64,000 bases of DNA, from assembly GCA_039028615.1 (NCBI GenBank), contig JBCCHT010000005.1:192001-256000 (forward strand). Direction: 5' to 3'. The stretch is from Myxococcota bacterium (lineage in GTDB: Bacteria; Myxococcota_A; Polyangia; Nannocystales; Nannocystaceae). Of this stretch, positions 1 through 9,671 are shown piece after piece (position 1 is the stretch's first letter; every line of letters begins with the position of its first letter). A program made the position numbers and the translations under genes. The notes beneath the pieces are model-generated. The model did no database searches. It was not told the DNA's origin and worked only from the letters and a program-made list of their open reading frames with translations.

Positions 1-231
1 GGTCGAGGCGATGGCCTGGCAGGCGTCGCGATCCGCGGTCTCGGTGAACGCGTCGCACAGCGCCTGCGCTTGGGGAGCGGTGCCCTCGACCCACGCGTGC
101 TTCGTTTTTTCGGCGGCGGGGGCCAGCGGCGGAGGATCGTGTCGGGCGGCGCAACCGAGGCTCAGCAGCACGCTGGCCAGCGAGGCTCGGGTGATGAATC
201 GACGAAGGGCGGGGGTCCGGGAGCTACGCAT
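1..231 (-). CDS. Putative lipoprotein (3' end runs off the window)
   Basis: Manual translation from ATG 231: MRSSRTPALRRFITRASLASVLLSLGCAARHD...; basic N-terminus, hydrophobic stretch, lipobox LSLG-C; frame open to position 1. Confidence 0.6.
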   Translation of the reverse strand, partial: MRSSRTPALRRFITRASLASVLLSLGCAARHDPPPLAPAAEKTKHAWVEGTAPQAQALCDAFTETADRDACQAIAST

Positions 232-325
232 GCGGAGGCTTCGTTGAGGCGGGCGTGATGCACCGAGGGGTCGGCCGCGCGCCGCGCCGAACCGTATCAC
301 GTCCCTCGTGGGCCTCCACGGACCG

Positions 326-1675
326 TCACGCGGGCAGCTCGCGTCGCCACTTGTCGAGAAGGGAGTCGATTCGCTGCTCCAGGGTCCGTCCCTCGGGTTT
401 GGGGCGTCGCTTTTCGAAGAGTCCGTACCCGGGCAGCAGTGTGGCCCGGCCGAGGGTGCCGTAGCCGAAGTCCTCCCCCGCGAACGCAGACTTCGACCAG
501 TAGGCGAGTCGATCTCCGCCGCCCGTGACCAGCGCGGTCAAGAAGTCGTGCCAGTCGAACCCCGCGAGCTGGGGCCGGAATTTGCCCGCCGTTCGGTCGC
601 GCATCGCCTTGATGGGGTCCTCGTCGAGTCTGTCTTTGATCCCGGCCGCCTTCGCCACGCCCTGGACCCACGCTTCGATCTCCCCCGCGTCGGTGAGGTG
701 GGGAAAGTCGATCATCGCGTGCAAGGGGCTCTTGGGAAGATCGGCGAACGCCTCCTTCGGGTTGTTGCTACCGCGATGGCTGTCGGCGAAGGTGCTGATC
801 GTCGACTTGAGCTGGGCGAGCTCGACACCCGTCAGACCGTGCGCTGCCTCGGGCACACGCGAGTGCAGCGCGGTCAGGGGAATCTGGCGCGTCATCTGGA
901 ACTGGAACTCCAGCCTGGGGTGCACGATGACCCACGCGTCGGGCTCGTGAAGGTCGACATCCAGTCCTTCCACGATCTCGCGCAGCGGGATCAGCTCGCC
1001 GCGCGCTGCGTTGCCGACCGCGGTGGCGAGCTGGTCGAGCACACGAAGATCCTCCCTGACATGCTCTTGTCCCCACTGCTCGCGAGTGAGGGGCAAGGTC
1101 ACGATCTCCAGGCGACTGTCGAAGTCACCCACGGTGTCGGTGGTCGCGTTCCACGTGCCGTTGCGGGCACGGAGGCACACGTCTCGCTTGGTGTAGGCGA
1201 TGTGGTCGGCCGGGTTGCGGAGTTCTTTGCCGAGGATGTCGAACGCGGCCTTGCGGCGCCTGCGGAGGTTGTTTTCGGCCTGCAGCGTCCGGGCCCACGC
1301 CGGGCGCAGCGCGGCCCGACTGTTGGAGTCGTTGAGCCGCTTCAGCAGGTTTCCGGTCGGTCCCGTCGGGGTGCCATCGAGGCGTACGATCTGGGCGTCC
1401 GCAAACTCGATCTCGAAACCGGCGGACGGGGGCTCGGCCTCGGCCGCCCTGTCTTCGACCTCTTTGCGGATCCTCTGGCGGCGCTGCTCCGGCGTCTCGT
1501 CCCCGTCTCGTGGGCCAGGCGCGAGTGGTTCATGCAGCTCGAGATCGTCGACGAAGGGGCCGTCGGTCGGACCGGGGTTTCGGCATGCGGCACCGCGACC
1601 GGGTCGTCGTCGGCTGGCCGCCATCCCCGTGCCTCGTGCCCGTCGCAGCCCCGAGCTTCCCCCGCAGGCACCCAT
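326..1675 (-). CDS. Hypothetical protein (~449 aa)
   Basis: Part of ORF 326..1789; ATG 1675 lies 1 nt after the upstream stop (TGA-G-ATG); globular composition; no recognised motif. Confidence 0.6.
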   Translation of the reverse strand: MGACGGSSGLRRARGTGMAASRRRPGRGAACRNPGPTDGPFVDDLELHEPLAPGPRDGDETPEQRRQRIRKEVEDRAAEAEPPSAGFEIEFADAQIVRLDGTPTGPTGNLLKRLNDSNSRAALRPAWARTLQAENNLRRRRKAAFDILGKELRNPADHIAYTKRDVCLRARNGTWNATTDTVGDFDSRLEIVTLPLTREQWGQEHVREDLRVLDQLATAVGNAARGELIPLREIVEGLDVDLHEPDAWVIVHPRLEFQFQMTRQIPLTALHSRVPEAAHGLTGVELAQLKSTISTFADSHRGSNNPKEAFADLPKSPLHAMIDFPHLTDAGEIEAWVQGVAKAAGIKDRLDEDPIKAMRDRTAGKFRPQLAGFDWHDFLTALVTGGGDRLAYWSKSAFAGEDFGYGTLGRATLLPGYGLFEKRRPKPEGRTLEQRIDSLLDKWRRELPA

Positions 1676-1676
1676 C

Positions 1677-2432
1677 TCAGGCCGCCTCCTGGCCGCGGAG
1701 CAACGAGAACGCCCGCTCGAGGTGCCGCTGCGCTCGCGACAACAACCCGCCGAGGCGATACGACGGCGTCCCGGTCGACTCCAGGCCACGCGCGGCGAAG
1801 GGCCACCGCGGGTCTTCGGCGAAGCCGCTGCCGAGCAGGAACATCAGCGCCGCGAAGCACGGACGGGCCCCGGGGACCTCGTGGAAACCGAAGGCCTCGA
1901 CCTGGTGATCCACATGCTCGACGAATCGACCAAAGGAACGATCGAGCTGGGCCTCCCGGTACTTCGCGGGATAGAGCGTGGACAACAGCACCTCCAGATC
2001 GTCGATGCCTTCGAGATGGTCGAGCCGAAGCCGACGTGCCCGCAGCAGCGCCCGCGTGTAGTGCTCGCCGTGTTCACCCGCGACGTCGGTCAGGTATGCC
2101 AGGGCCACGGCGTCGAGGTCGTCGAGCTTGGGTCCGGCGGCGCCCGGTCGCGCGAGGATCTCGGTCGCCCACGGCAACAGCGGATCGACATCGAAGTCGC
2201 TGCCCAACACCAGGGCCAGGTCGACGTATCGGCAGACCTCGCCCACGGTCTCGAACCCCCGCGCTCGCGCCCGCGTGACCCCGTAGTGCACCGTCCGCTG
2301 CAAGTCGTCCGGCCCGAGCAGTGCGGCGTCGACGGGAAACACCGCGACGATGCGCGCCGCCAGCTCGAGTTCGGTCGCGGCCCAGGCCGCGTCCGCGAGC
2401 GCAAGGGTCTGATCGGAGCGAAGGCTCAGCAC
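1677..2432 (-). CDS. Hypothetical protein with two internal repeats resembling VgrG/PAAR-locus (DUF4123 C-terminal-like) proteins
   Basis: GTG 2432 after GGGAG; duplicated motif YVDLALVLGSDFDVDPLLPWA / FAALMFLLGSGFAEDPRWPFA. Confidence 0.6.
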   Translation of the reverse strand: MLSLRSDQTLALADAAWAATELELAARIVAVFPVDAALLGPDDLQRTVHYGVTRARARGFETVGEVCRYVDLALVLGSDFDVDPLLPWATEILARPGAAGPKLDDLDAVALAYLTDVAGEHGEHYTRALLRARRLRLDHLEGIDDLEVLLSTLYPAKYREAQLDRSFGRFVEHVDHQVEAFGFHEVPGARPCFAALMFLLGSGFAEDPRWPFAARGLESTGTPSYRLGGLLSRAQRHLERAFSLLRGQEAA

Positions 2433-2564
2433 AGCGCTCCCGGTAGTCCGGGGCGCCGCCGAGTCGATTGCGAGCGATCCGAAGTTTTTCGCCCGCGCCT
2501 CAGCCGGGCACGTGACCGCCGCCATGGACTCGCGCGGTGGCCCGTGGCAGCCTCGAGGGGCCCC

Positions 2565-3194
2565 GTGGTGGACGATTTCGAGCTTCTGACGGCCTGGCGA
2601 GACGGTGACACCGAGGCCGGGCAGCGGTTGTTCGCGCGCCACTTCGATGCGCTGTTCCGGTTCTTTCGCAACAAGATCGGGGACAACGACGCGGCCGATT
2701 TGGTGCAGACCACGTTCTTGGCCTGCGTCGAGCGGCGGGACGGTTTTCGGGGCGAGAGCAGCGTGAGGACATTCCTGTTCGCGGTGGCGCGGAGGCGGCT
2801 TTATTCGCATCTGGAGTCCATCCATCGGGCGGATCGACGCTTCGACGCGGGGGTGACCTCGGTGGTCGACATCGGGGCGACACCCAGTCAGCTCGTGGAT
2901 CGCAAGCGGTCGTACTCGGTCTTGCTCGCGGCGCTACGCATGCTGCCGGTCGAGACCCAGACGCTGCTCGAGCTGCACTACTGGGAGAAGCTGTCGGGAT
3001 CTCAGCTGGCCGAGGTTTTCGCGGTGGCGGAGGGCACGATTCGTACGCGGCTGCGGCGCGCGAAGCAGCTGTTGGCCGAGGCCATCGATCGCCTGCGCGA
3101 GGGTCCGCCCATGGCGACGGCCGAGGAGAACCTCGAGGCGTGGGCGAGCGAGGTGCGCGAGGAGTTTGCGCGCTCCAAGGGCCCCGAGCAGTGA
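2565..3194 (+). CDS. ECF-type sigma-70 factor
   Basis: Region 2 DAADLVQTTFL..FRGESSVRTFLFAVARR; region 4 LLELHYWEKLSGSQLAEVF..GTIRTRLRRAK. Confidence 0.9.
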   Translation: MVDDFELLTAWRDGDTEAGQRLFARHFDALFRFFRNKIGDNDAADLVQTTFLACVERRDGFRGESSVRTFLFAVARRRLYSHLESIHRADRRFDAGVTSVVDIGATPSQLVDRKRSYSVLLAALRMLPVETQTLLELHYWEKLSGSQLAEVFAVAEGTIRTRLRRAKQLLAEAIDRLREGPPMATAEENLEAWASEVREEFARSKGPEQ

Positions 3195-3264
3195 GCTAGG
3201 CTGGGGGTTCACAAAAGGGGGCAATCGACTCGGCCTCTCGCCGGACTACCGCCCACGCCTGCCC

Positions 3265-6174
3265 ATGACCGACGTCAACCGAACGATGGAGGGGGACTCC
3301 GCCGCCTTGGCCGAACTCGCTCCGCAGGACGAGCACGCGCTCGAGGAACTTCGTTCGGCGACCCTCGATGGTGATCCGCGCAAGGAGCACCAGCGCGCGC
3401 GAGTCCAGGCCGCGTTGTTCGGCGGCCCCACGCCGCCGCCCGAGACGATCGCGCGGTACCGAATTCTCGGTGAGATCGGCAGCGGTGCGATGGGCGAGGT
3501 CCTCGAGGCGTACGACGACGTCCTCACCCGCAAGGTGGCCATCAAGCTCGTGCATCGGCAGCGACGCTCGCCGCGGGCCAGCACGCGGATGCTGCAGGAG
3601 GCGCGCTCGCTGGCGCAGCTGAGCCACCCCAACGTGGTGCAGGTCTACGAGGCGGGCATGCACGGGGACCGGGCTTGGATCGCGATGGAGCACATCGACG
3701 GGCAGAGCCTCACCGAGTGGCTCGGGGCGAAGCCTCGCGACGCCTCGGTGATCCTCGACGTGTTCATCGCCGCGGGCCGTGGGTTGGCGGCCGCCCACGA
3801 GGCGGGCTTCGTGCACCGCGACTTCAAGCCGGACAACGTGCTCATCGACACGCGCGGGCGGGTCAAGGTGGTCGACTTCGGCCTGGTGCGAGCCATCCCC
3901 GACTCGCACCTGCTCGAGACGCTCGAGGGCGACTCCACGTTCAACGGCGCGAACTCGTCGTCGACCCTGCACCCGCACCCGCTGACGCAAGACGGCACGG
4001 TGCTCGGGACGCCGGGCTACATGTCCCCTGAGCAGATTCGAGGGGCCGCGCTGGATGCTCGCAGCGACCAGTTCTCGTTCTGCGCGGCGGCGTGGTTTGC
4101 TCTGTTCGGCGAGCGGCCCTTCAAGGGGGCGACGCTGCGTCATCTCCACTACGCGATGCACCAAGGGACGGTGGAAGCCGGCACTCAGCAGCCGCGTGGA
4201 GTGGGGGCGGCTCGCCGGGTGCTGCGACGAGGCTTGTCGTTCAAGCCCGACGAGCGTTTCGCGTCGATGGACGAGCTGCTCGAGCAGCTGTCGGTGCGGT
4301 CCCGTCGAGGGTGGGTGCTGGGGGCAGGCGCGGTGGCGCTGGCGGGAACGCTGGCGGTCGCGAGCGTGGGCGAGGAACCGCCCTGTGGCGAGGGACTGGA
4401 TCCGGACGCGGCGTGGTCGAGCGAGCACGCCGCGTCGATCACCGATACCTTCGCCCGGACGCCCGCGCCCTATGCTGCCGTCACCGCTCAGCGGGTGACC
4501 GAGGGGATGAAGCGCTACGCGGCCGAGATCGGTCGCGCCCGAGACACGGTGTGTGCCGATCGCTCGCGGTCGGACACGGCCACGGTCGACGCTCGCCTGG
4601 CGTGCCTCGAGGGGCGCAGCTCGGCCCTCGGTGCGCTGGCCAGTCGCTTCGATGCCGCCGATGCCACCACCGTCGAGCATGCAGTCGACGCGGTGACCCA
4701 CCTGCCGCCGATTCGACGCTGCATCACCCGAGGCTCGGGCGACGAGCCGCTCGTGCCCGCCGACCCCGATCTACGCGCCGCACTGGCGAGCGCTCATGCG
4801 GCCCGGGGCACGGGGCACGGCGCGCTGGCGGTGGAGCTGTCCAGTGCGCTGCTGCAGTCGGCGACGGAGGCCGGCGACGAAGCGACGGCGGTCGATGCTC
4901 GCGTGCTCCGAGCGACCGCTCGCTTCGAGCAGGGGGAGCACGACGCGGCGGTGACCGACATGACCGCTGCCATCGCTCGGGCCACTGCGGCGGGTCTCGA
5001 GGAGCGAGCCACCGAGGCGTGGGTCGATCTGGCGACCCATGGCGCTCGCGATCTGCGACGACCCACCGAGACGGCGCGGTGGCTCGTGCACGCGGAGGGC
5101 TGGGTCGAGCGCACCGGGCTCGAAGACCAACGGTGGGCGCTGGAGCTGGCACGTGGCCATCACCAGTTTCTGGGGGCGCCCGCCGACGCCTACGCCACGT
5201 TCGACGCGCTGGCCGAGGATCTGGAGGGCAGGGCGGAGCTCGAACAGCTCGCGGCTCGAGCCCGCCATGGTCGCTCGATGGCCGCGATGCAGCTGCGCGA
5301 CACCGAGGCGGCCGCACGCGACAGCCGTTGGCTGCTCGACTACACCCGGCACAAATACGGAGAGCAGCACCCGTTCACCGCCAGCAGTCACTACGGCCTC
5401 GGCCTCGCGCTGTTTCACGGGGGCAACGAGGAGGGCGTCGAGCACTACCGGGCCGCGCTGGAGACGTGGCAGGCGGTGTATCCGTCGGGGCACCCCGAGA
5501 CCATCAAGGCCTTGGTGGCGCTGGCCGACGCCGAGCTGTCCGCGGGTCGGCTGCCGCAGGCGCGCCAGTACGCCGAAGATGCCCTGCAGATGCAGCAGGA
5601 GGTCGGCCCGGAGGAACTCGGAGTGGCCGAGGTCTCGACCGTGCTGGGGGTGGTCCAGCATGCCGAAGGACACTTCGACCTCGCCGCACGGTCTCATCGC
5701 ACGGCGCTCGCTCGCTACGAAAAGCGGCTCGGTCCGGACGACTACAACACCGCCGTCGCGCGATCGAACCTGGGCGAAGCGTTGGTGATGGACGGTCGCT
5801 ACGAAGAGGCGCGACCGCTGTTCGAGTCGGCCCTGGCGTCGTTGCCCCCGGTGGTGGGGGACGAGCACCCCGTGCTGGCGTTTCCCCTCAAGGGGGCCGG
5901 CATCGCGGCCGTGCTCGCGGGAGAACCCGAAGAGGCGATCTTGCAGCTGGCGCGGGCGCGTGCGCTGGCCAAAGATGCCGACCCCGCCGAGCGAGCCGAG
6001 ATCGACCTCGCGTACGCGCACGCCCTGGCCGCGTCGGGTGATGCGGTCCAGAGCGCAGCGCGTCGCGCCGAGGTGCAGGCGTGGCGGACGTCGGCGACCG
6101 AGCTGGGCCTTACTCGGCTCGATCGGCTGCAGCGGCGTCTGTCCGCGTCGGCGCCGGCCGAATCGGACGGGTGA
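3265..6174 (+). CDS. Hanks-type Ser/Thr protein kinase with TM segment and C-terminal TPR repeats
   Basis: IGSGAMGEV, VAIK, HRDFKPDNV, DFG, GTPGYMSPEQ; hydrophobic segment; TPR-like repeats (YGEQHPFTA, LGPDDYNTA, VGDEHPVLA). Confidence 0.93.
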   Translation: MTDVNRTMEGDSAALAELAPQDEHALEELRSATLDGDPRKEHQRARVQAALFGGPTPPPETIARYRILGEIGSGAMGEVLEAYDDVLTRKVAIKLVHRQRRSPRASTRMLQEARSLAQLSHPNVVQVYEAGMHGDRAWIAMEHIDGQSLTEWLGAKPRDASVILDVFIAAGRGLAAAHEAGFVHRDFKPDNVLIDTRGRVKVVDFGLVRAIPDSHLLETLEGDSTFNGANSSSTLHPHPLTQDGTVLGTPGYMSPEQIRGAALDARSDQFSFCAAAWFALFGERPFKGATLRHLHYAMHQGTVEAGTQQPRGVGAARRVLRRGLSFKPDERFASMDELLEQLSVRSRRGWVLGAGAVALAGTLAVASVGEEPPCGEGLDPDAAWSSEHAASITDTFARTPAPYAAVTAQRVTEGMKRYAAEIGRARDTVCADRSRSDTATVDARLACLEGRSSALGALASRFDAADATTVEHAVDAVTHLPPIRRCITRGSGDEPLVPADPDLRAALASAHAARGTGHGALAVELSSALLQSATEAGDEATAVDARVLRATARFEQGEHDAAVTDMTAAIARATAAGLEERATEAWVDLATHGARDLRRPTETARWLVHAEGWVERTGLEDQRWALELARGHHQFLGAPADAYATFDALAEDLEGRAELEQLAARARHGRSMAAMQLRDTEAAARDSRWLLDYTRHKYGEQHPFTASSHYGLGLALFHGGNEEGVEHYRAALETWQAVYPSGHPETIKALVALADAELSAGRLPQARQYAEDALQMQQEVGPEELGVAEVSTVLGVVQHAEGHFDLAARSHRTALARYEKRLGPDDYNTAVARSNLGEALVMDGRYEEARPLFESALASLPPVVGDEHPVLAFPLKGAGIAAVLAGEPEEAILQLARARALAKDADPAERAEIDLAYAHALAASGDAVQSAARRAEVQAWRTSATELGLTRLDRLQRRLSASAPAESDG

Positions 6175-6228
6175 CGGAGGCCCGGGGTATTCCCACGCCC
6201 GAGCACTCCGCCACCCGACGGTCTGCCG

Positions 6229-7269
6229 TCATTGCCCTCGTCGACGCCGAAGCCCCAGCGCCAACAAAGGGAGTCCCCACAATACTGCGCCCCGCGGTGT
6301 GGCGTCGGTGGTACACCCGCACCCTTCGGGCTCGCCATCGTTCATGGCTTCATCGCCCCCGGTCGCGCCGACGTCTCCCGTGCCGTCCGTGGCGGACGGC
6401 GCGGTGGTGCTGCTGTCGGGCATGTCGGTCGTGGTCTCGCCGACGCTACCCCCGTCGTCGCTCCCCATGCCCGTCTCGTCGCCGCCCTCGCTGCCCGTGC
6501 CCGAGTCGTCGCCGCCTTCGGTGCCGCCCATCGGTGGCTCGGCGGGGCCGAGGAACTCGAGCAGGTGGGCGATGTCGTTCTGATAGCCCGGCTCGCAGCC
6601 GGGATGCTGGGCGCAGTACTCGGGGTGCTCGGGGTCGGTGATGGCCCCGGTAATCGCCTCGCAGGTCTCGGAGAAGAAGTGCCCCGTCTGGTTGGACGTG
6701 CTCGGGTACATGATGAACTGCGAGTTGTCGCCCAGGTGCTCCAGGCCGACCGTGTGTGCGACTTCCTGAGAGATGACCTGCGCGAGCGTGTCGGCCACGT
6801 GGTTGCCGTCGAAGTCGCGCAGGGCCTCCGAGAACACGAACGCGATCGAGGTCTTGTTGTCGTCGTAGCAGTCGAGCGTGCCCCAGCCGCCCGCGCCCGG
6901 CAGGCCCAGCACGCCACCCCAGCCGCCCATGGTGACCATGCGGTAGTCGCCCTCGGTGGGGCGCTCGGTAACGAACTGGACGTCGATGCCTTCCCACTGC
7001 GCGTCGAGGAGCTGGAGCACCGCGGCGATCAGCAGCTCGGGGTCTTCGGTGCCCTCGGGGTCGAACGCGGGGATGGTGGCGGATTGTTCATCGAACCACT
7101 GTAGCGTCCACGAGGTGCCGCTGGGAGCGTGGTCCTCGTCTCCGGCGACCAGCTGCTGCTCGTCGAACTGCAAGAAGATGGTGTTGTCTGCCCGGGCCGA
7201 GGGCTCGGCGACGAGGCAGAGGGCAGCAGCGACGACCGGCAACCCGGCGCGAGGCATGCGGTGATTCAT
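6229..7269 (-). CDS. Secreted metzincin-like protein (QExxH variant) with MYXO-CTERM-like anchor
   Basis: Signal peptide; QEVAHTVGLEH followed by Met-turn FIMYP; acidic T/G linker; GCGC...LPLLALGLRRRR. Confidence 0.75.
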   Translation of the reverse strand: MNHRMPRAGLPVVAAALCLVAEPSARADNTIFLQFDEQQLVAGDEDHAPSGTSWTLQWFDEQSATIPAFDPEGTEDPELLIAAVLQLLDAQWEGIDVQFVTERPTEGDYRMVTMGGWGGVLGLPGAGGWGTLDCYDDNKTSIAFVFSEALRDFDGNHVADTLAQVISQEVAHTVGLEHLGDNSQFIMYPSTSNQTGHFFSETCEAITGAITDPEHPEYCAQHPGCEPGYQNDIAHLLEFLGPAEPPMGGTEGGDDSGTGSEGGDETGMGSDDGGSVGETTTDMPDSSTTAPSATDGTGDVGATGGDEAMNDGEPEGCGCTTDATPRGAVLWGLPLLALGLRRRRGQ

Positions 7270-7344
7270 GGTGTCTCTTTTCTGGTGCGAGAGGACAAAC
7301 GGCGAGGTCGAGCCGTAGGGCGGCGCGACGACGAACGACGAAAC

Positions 7345-8379
7345 TCAGCCGACCGGGCCGATGGGAACGCAGGTCGAAGACCCGGCGCCCACCACGATCA
7401 CGGGGGCGTCCTCGACGACGACGGTGACGGCTTGGCCCTGGCCGTCGCTCTCGTCCCAGTCGAGCTTGGAGACGGAGGTGCCGAAGGCGTCACCGCTGAA
7501 GAAGTAGAAGTCTCCGCCCCAGAAGGCGAACGCGAAGCTGCCCCCGGTCGGCACGCCTTGCAGCTCGAGGGTCTCGAGCTCGGCTCCCGTCTCGCGGTCG
7601 AGCCGAATCAGCAGCGGCGCTTCGAGCACGTCGTTGTTGATGAACTCGAACAGCTGCCCGTCGCCCGTCCCCGCCAGCTCGACCCACTCGTGCTCGGTGA
7701 CCGCGATCCCGGTGAAGAGCAGGCTCTCGGGGTCCAGTACGGCCAGCATGCGGTTGGTGAAGATATTGGCCGAGCGCCCGTAGATTCGGTCGCAGGGGTC
7801 CGTCTCGTCGTTGGAGACGAAGCTCATGCCAAACGTGCCGATGTCGAGCTGGCCGGGCTCGAAGCCGGGGTCGACGCAGGTCTGGGGATCGTTGACGTCG
7901 ACGGTGTACAGGTCGCCATCGTTGTATTGGATCCACGCGCGACCATCTCGGCCCACGCCCATCGAGAAGGTGCTCGCGTCGAAGCCGTGCTGCTGTTCGC
8001 AGGGAATCGGCCCGACCAGCGCGAACTCCAGCGTCGTCGGGTCGAAGGTCCACAGCTCTTTGCTGGTGCTGAGCACGTAGATGAGATCGACGTGCGGCGC
8101 ACAGGCGCACTCGCCCTCGAGGCCGCCGTCGGAGCCGAGGTCGAAGTAGACCGAGTCGTCGTCGCCGGCTGCGGTCGCGGTGGAGTCGCCCTCGGAGTCG
8201 TCGGCCTCGGCCGCGGATCCGGTGTCGCCCGAAGGGAGGGCGGTGGTCGAGGCTCCGCCGCCCGATAGCTCGAGGATGCCGACCTCGTCTCGTTGGATCA
8301 CGCAACCCGCGAGGGCGGCCGCGAGCCACGAGCTCGCCGCGGCCCCGAGCGCGGCGGCAGTTGTTGGCGTGCTTCGCAT
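7345..8379 (-). CDS. Lipoprotein with beta-propeller-like domain
   Basis: ATG 8379; lipobox LAG-C; acidic linker; repeated beta-rich blades; C-terminal VVGAGSSTC. Confidence 0.75.
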   Translation of the reverse strand: MRSTPTTAAALGAAASSWLAAALAGCVIQRDEVGILELSGGGASTTALPSGDTGSAAEADDSEGDSTATAAGDDDSVYFDLGSDGGLEGECACAPHVDLIYVLSTSKELWTFDPTTLEFALVGPIPCEQQHGFDASTFSMGVGRDGRAWIQYNDGDLYTVDVNDPQTCVDPGFEPGQLDIGTFGMSFVSNDETDPCDRIYGRSANIFTNRMLAVLDPESLLFTGIAVTEHEWVELAGTGDGQLFEFINNDVLEAPLLIRLDRETGAELETLELQGVPTGGSFAFAFWGGDFYFFSGDAFGTSVSKLDWDESDGQGQAVTVVVEDAPVIVVGAGSSTCVPIGPVG

Positions 8380-8501
8380 TTCGCAGAACCCAGTGATCCT
8401 GGGCCGGAAAAACGGGTTGCGCCAAGTGAAAAACTCCCGCGCAGGGTGGTGTGGGCGATGACCCGATGCCGACGCTCGGCGACGCGCGTCTGCTAGGATG
8501 C

Positions 8502-9665
8502 ATGGCTGTGAGGTCGGGTCCGGGGGGGAGGGCTCTGCGTTGGTGCGCATGGCTGGGTGGGGCGGCCTTGATGTCGCTTCTGTCCACGGTGGCCTTTGCC
8601 GCGGCACAGCCGGTCGCACCCTCGTCGGACACGGCTCCGTCGGAGGCGTCGACGTATCGCGTGGTGGTCTCGACTGATGTCGCGCCCGGTGACGAGTCGG
8701 AGCTGTCGCTGGCGCTGCAGAGCCAGCTGGTGGATCTACCGGTACAGCTCGAGATCGTAGCCGTACCCGCCGGGGACCCCAGCTTTACCGCCCGGAGCCG
8801 TCACGCTCGCCAGCTGGCCGCCGAGCGCGAGGTCGACTTGGTGGTGTGGTTTTCCTACGAGCCCGACCAGCGGATGTTCGTGTTCTTGTCAGAGCCGGGG
8901 CGCGGACGCACGCTGGTCCGCGAGCTGGGGGACGACGCCGTGCCGTCTCCGCACACGGTGGCGTTGTTGGTGCGCTCGGTGGTGGAGGCCTTGGTTCAAG
9001 GGGGGCGCATCGGGGTGGAGGTGCCCGAGCCCGAGCTCGAGCCGGAACCCGAACCCGAGCCCGAACCGGAAGCGAAGCCCGAGCCCATCGCGGTCGCGCC
9101 CCGCCGACCGTCCGTGCCGTTGTTGGCGTTGATCGGAGTCGGCTATCGCCCCACCGTCTTCTCCGCGTCCTACCCCGTGATGCACACGTTGACCCTAGGC
9201 GCCGAGCTACTGGTGGGTCGGCACGCAGCGGTCTTCGGGCGCGGCGGCGTGGGGATCCCGATCGAGCTGGGCACGGAGCTCGTCGACGTTCGGGTCCAGC
9301 CCTTCACCGCGCAGCTCGGAGGGCGGGGCCACGCTCGGCTCGGCCGATGGGAGCTGGGCGGTCGTTTCGGCGGCTTGGTCGAGATCCTGCGCCGCGAGGT
9401 GGTCGCCATCGATCCCGCCGTGCTCGTCGACGACGCGAGCACGCGGACTTTGGTCGCGCTCTCCCCGGGCATGGCGCTCGGCTGGTGGGCCCACCCACGG
9501 GTTCGGCTCGGACTCGAGGTGGGCGTCGACGCCCACATTCGTCCGCTCCAGCTCGTGGTGGCGGGGCCCTCCGGGGACGTGGTGGTGGCCGAAACCCTCG
9601 CGTGGCGGCCATGGGCGACGTTTCGTGTCGATGTTCAACCCGTTTCGAGCCGCGGCTCCCACTGA
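8502..9665 (+). CDS. Exported protein with EP-rich linker and beta-strand-rich C-terminal (outer-membrane-like) domain
   Basis: Within ORF 8451..9665 (start uncertain, 8502 or 8508); signal-like segment; EPEPEP linker; amphipathic beta strands. Confidence 0.65.
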   Translation: MAVRSGPGGRALRWCAWLGGAALMSLLSTVAFAAAQPVAPSSDTAPSEASTYRVVVSTDVAPGDESELSLALQSQLVDLPVQLEIVAVPAGDPSFTARSRHARQLAAEREVDLVVWFSYEPDQRMFVFLSEPGRGRTLVRELGDDAVPSPHTVALLVRSVVEALVQGGRIGVEVPEPELEPEPEPEPEPEAKPEPIAVAPRRPSVPLLALIGVGYRPTVFSASYPVMHTLTLGAELLVGRHAAVFGRGGVGIPIELGTELVDVRVQPFTAQLGGRGHARLGRWELGGRFGGLVEILRREVVAIDPAVLVDDASTRTLVALSPGMALGWWAHPRVRLGLEVGVDAHIRPLQLVVAGPSGDVVVAETLAWRPWATFRVDVQPVSSRGSH

Positions 9666-9671
9666 GCGACT

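Noticed and set aside
9025..9085. EP repeats, also GGDET (~14160-14200) and GDESGT (~31740-31780) repeats
   Set aside because: Ordinary low-complexity protein linkers
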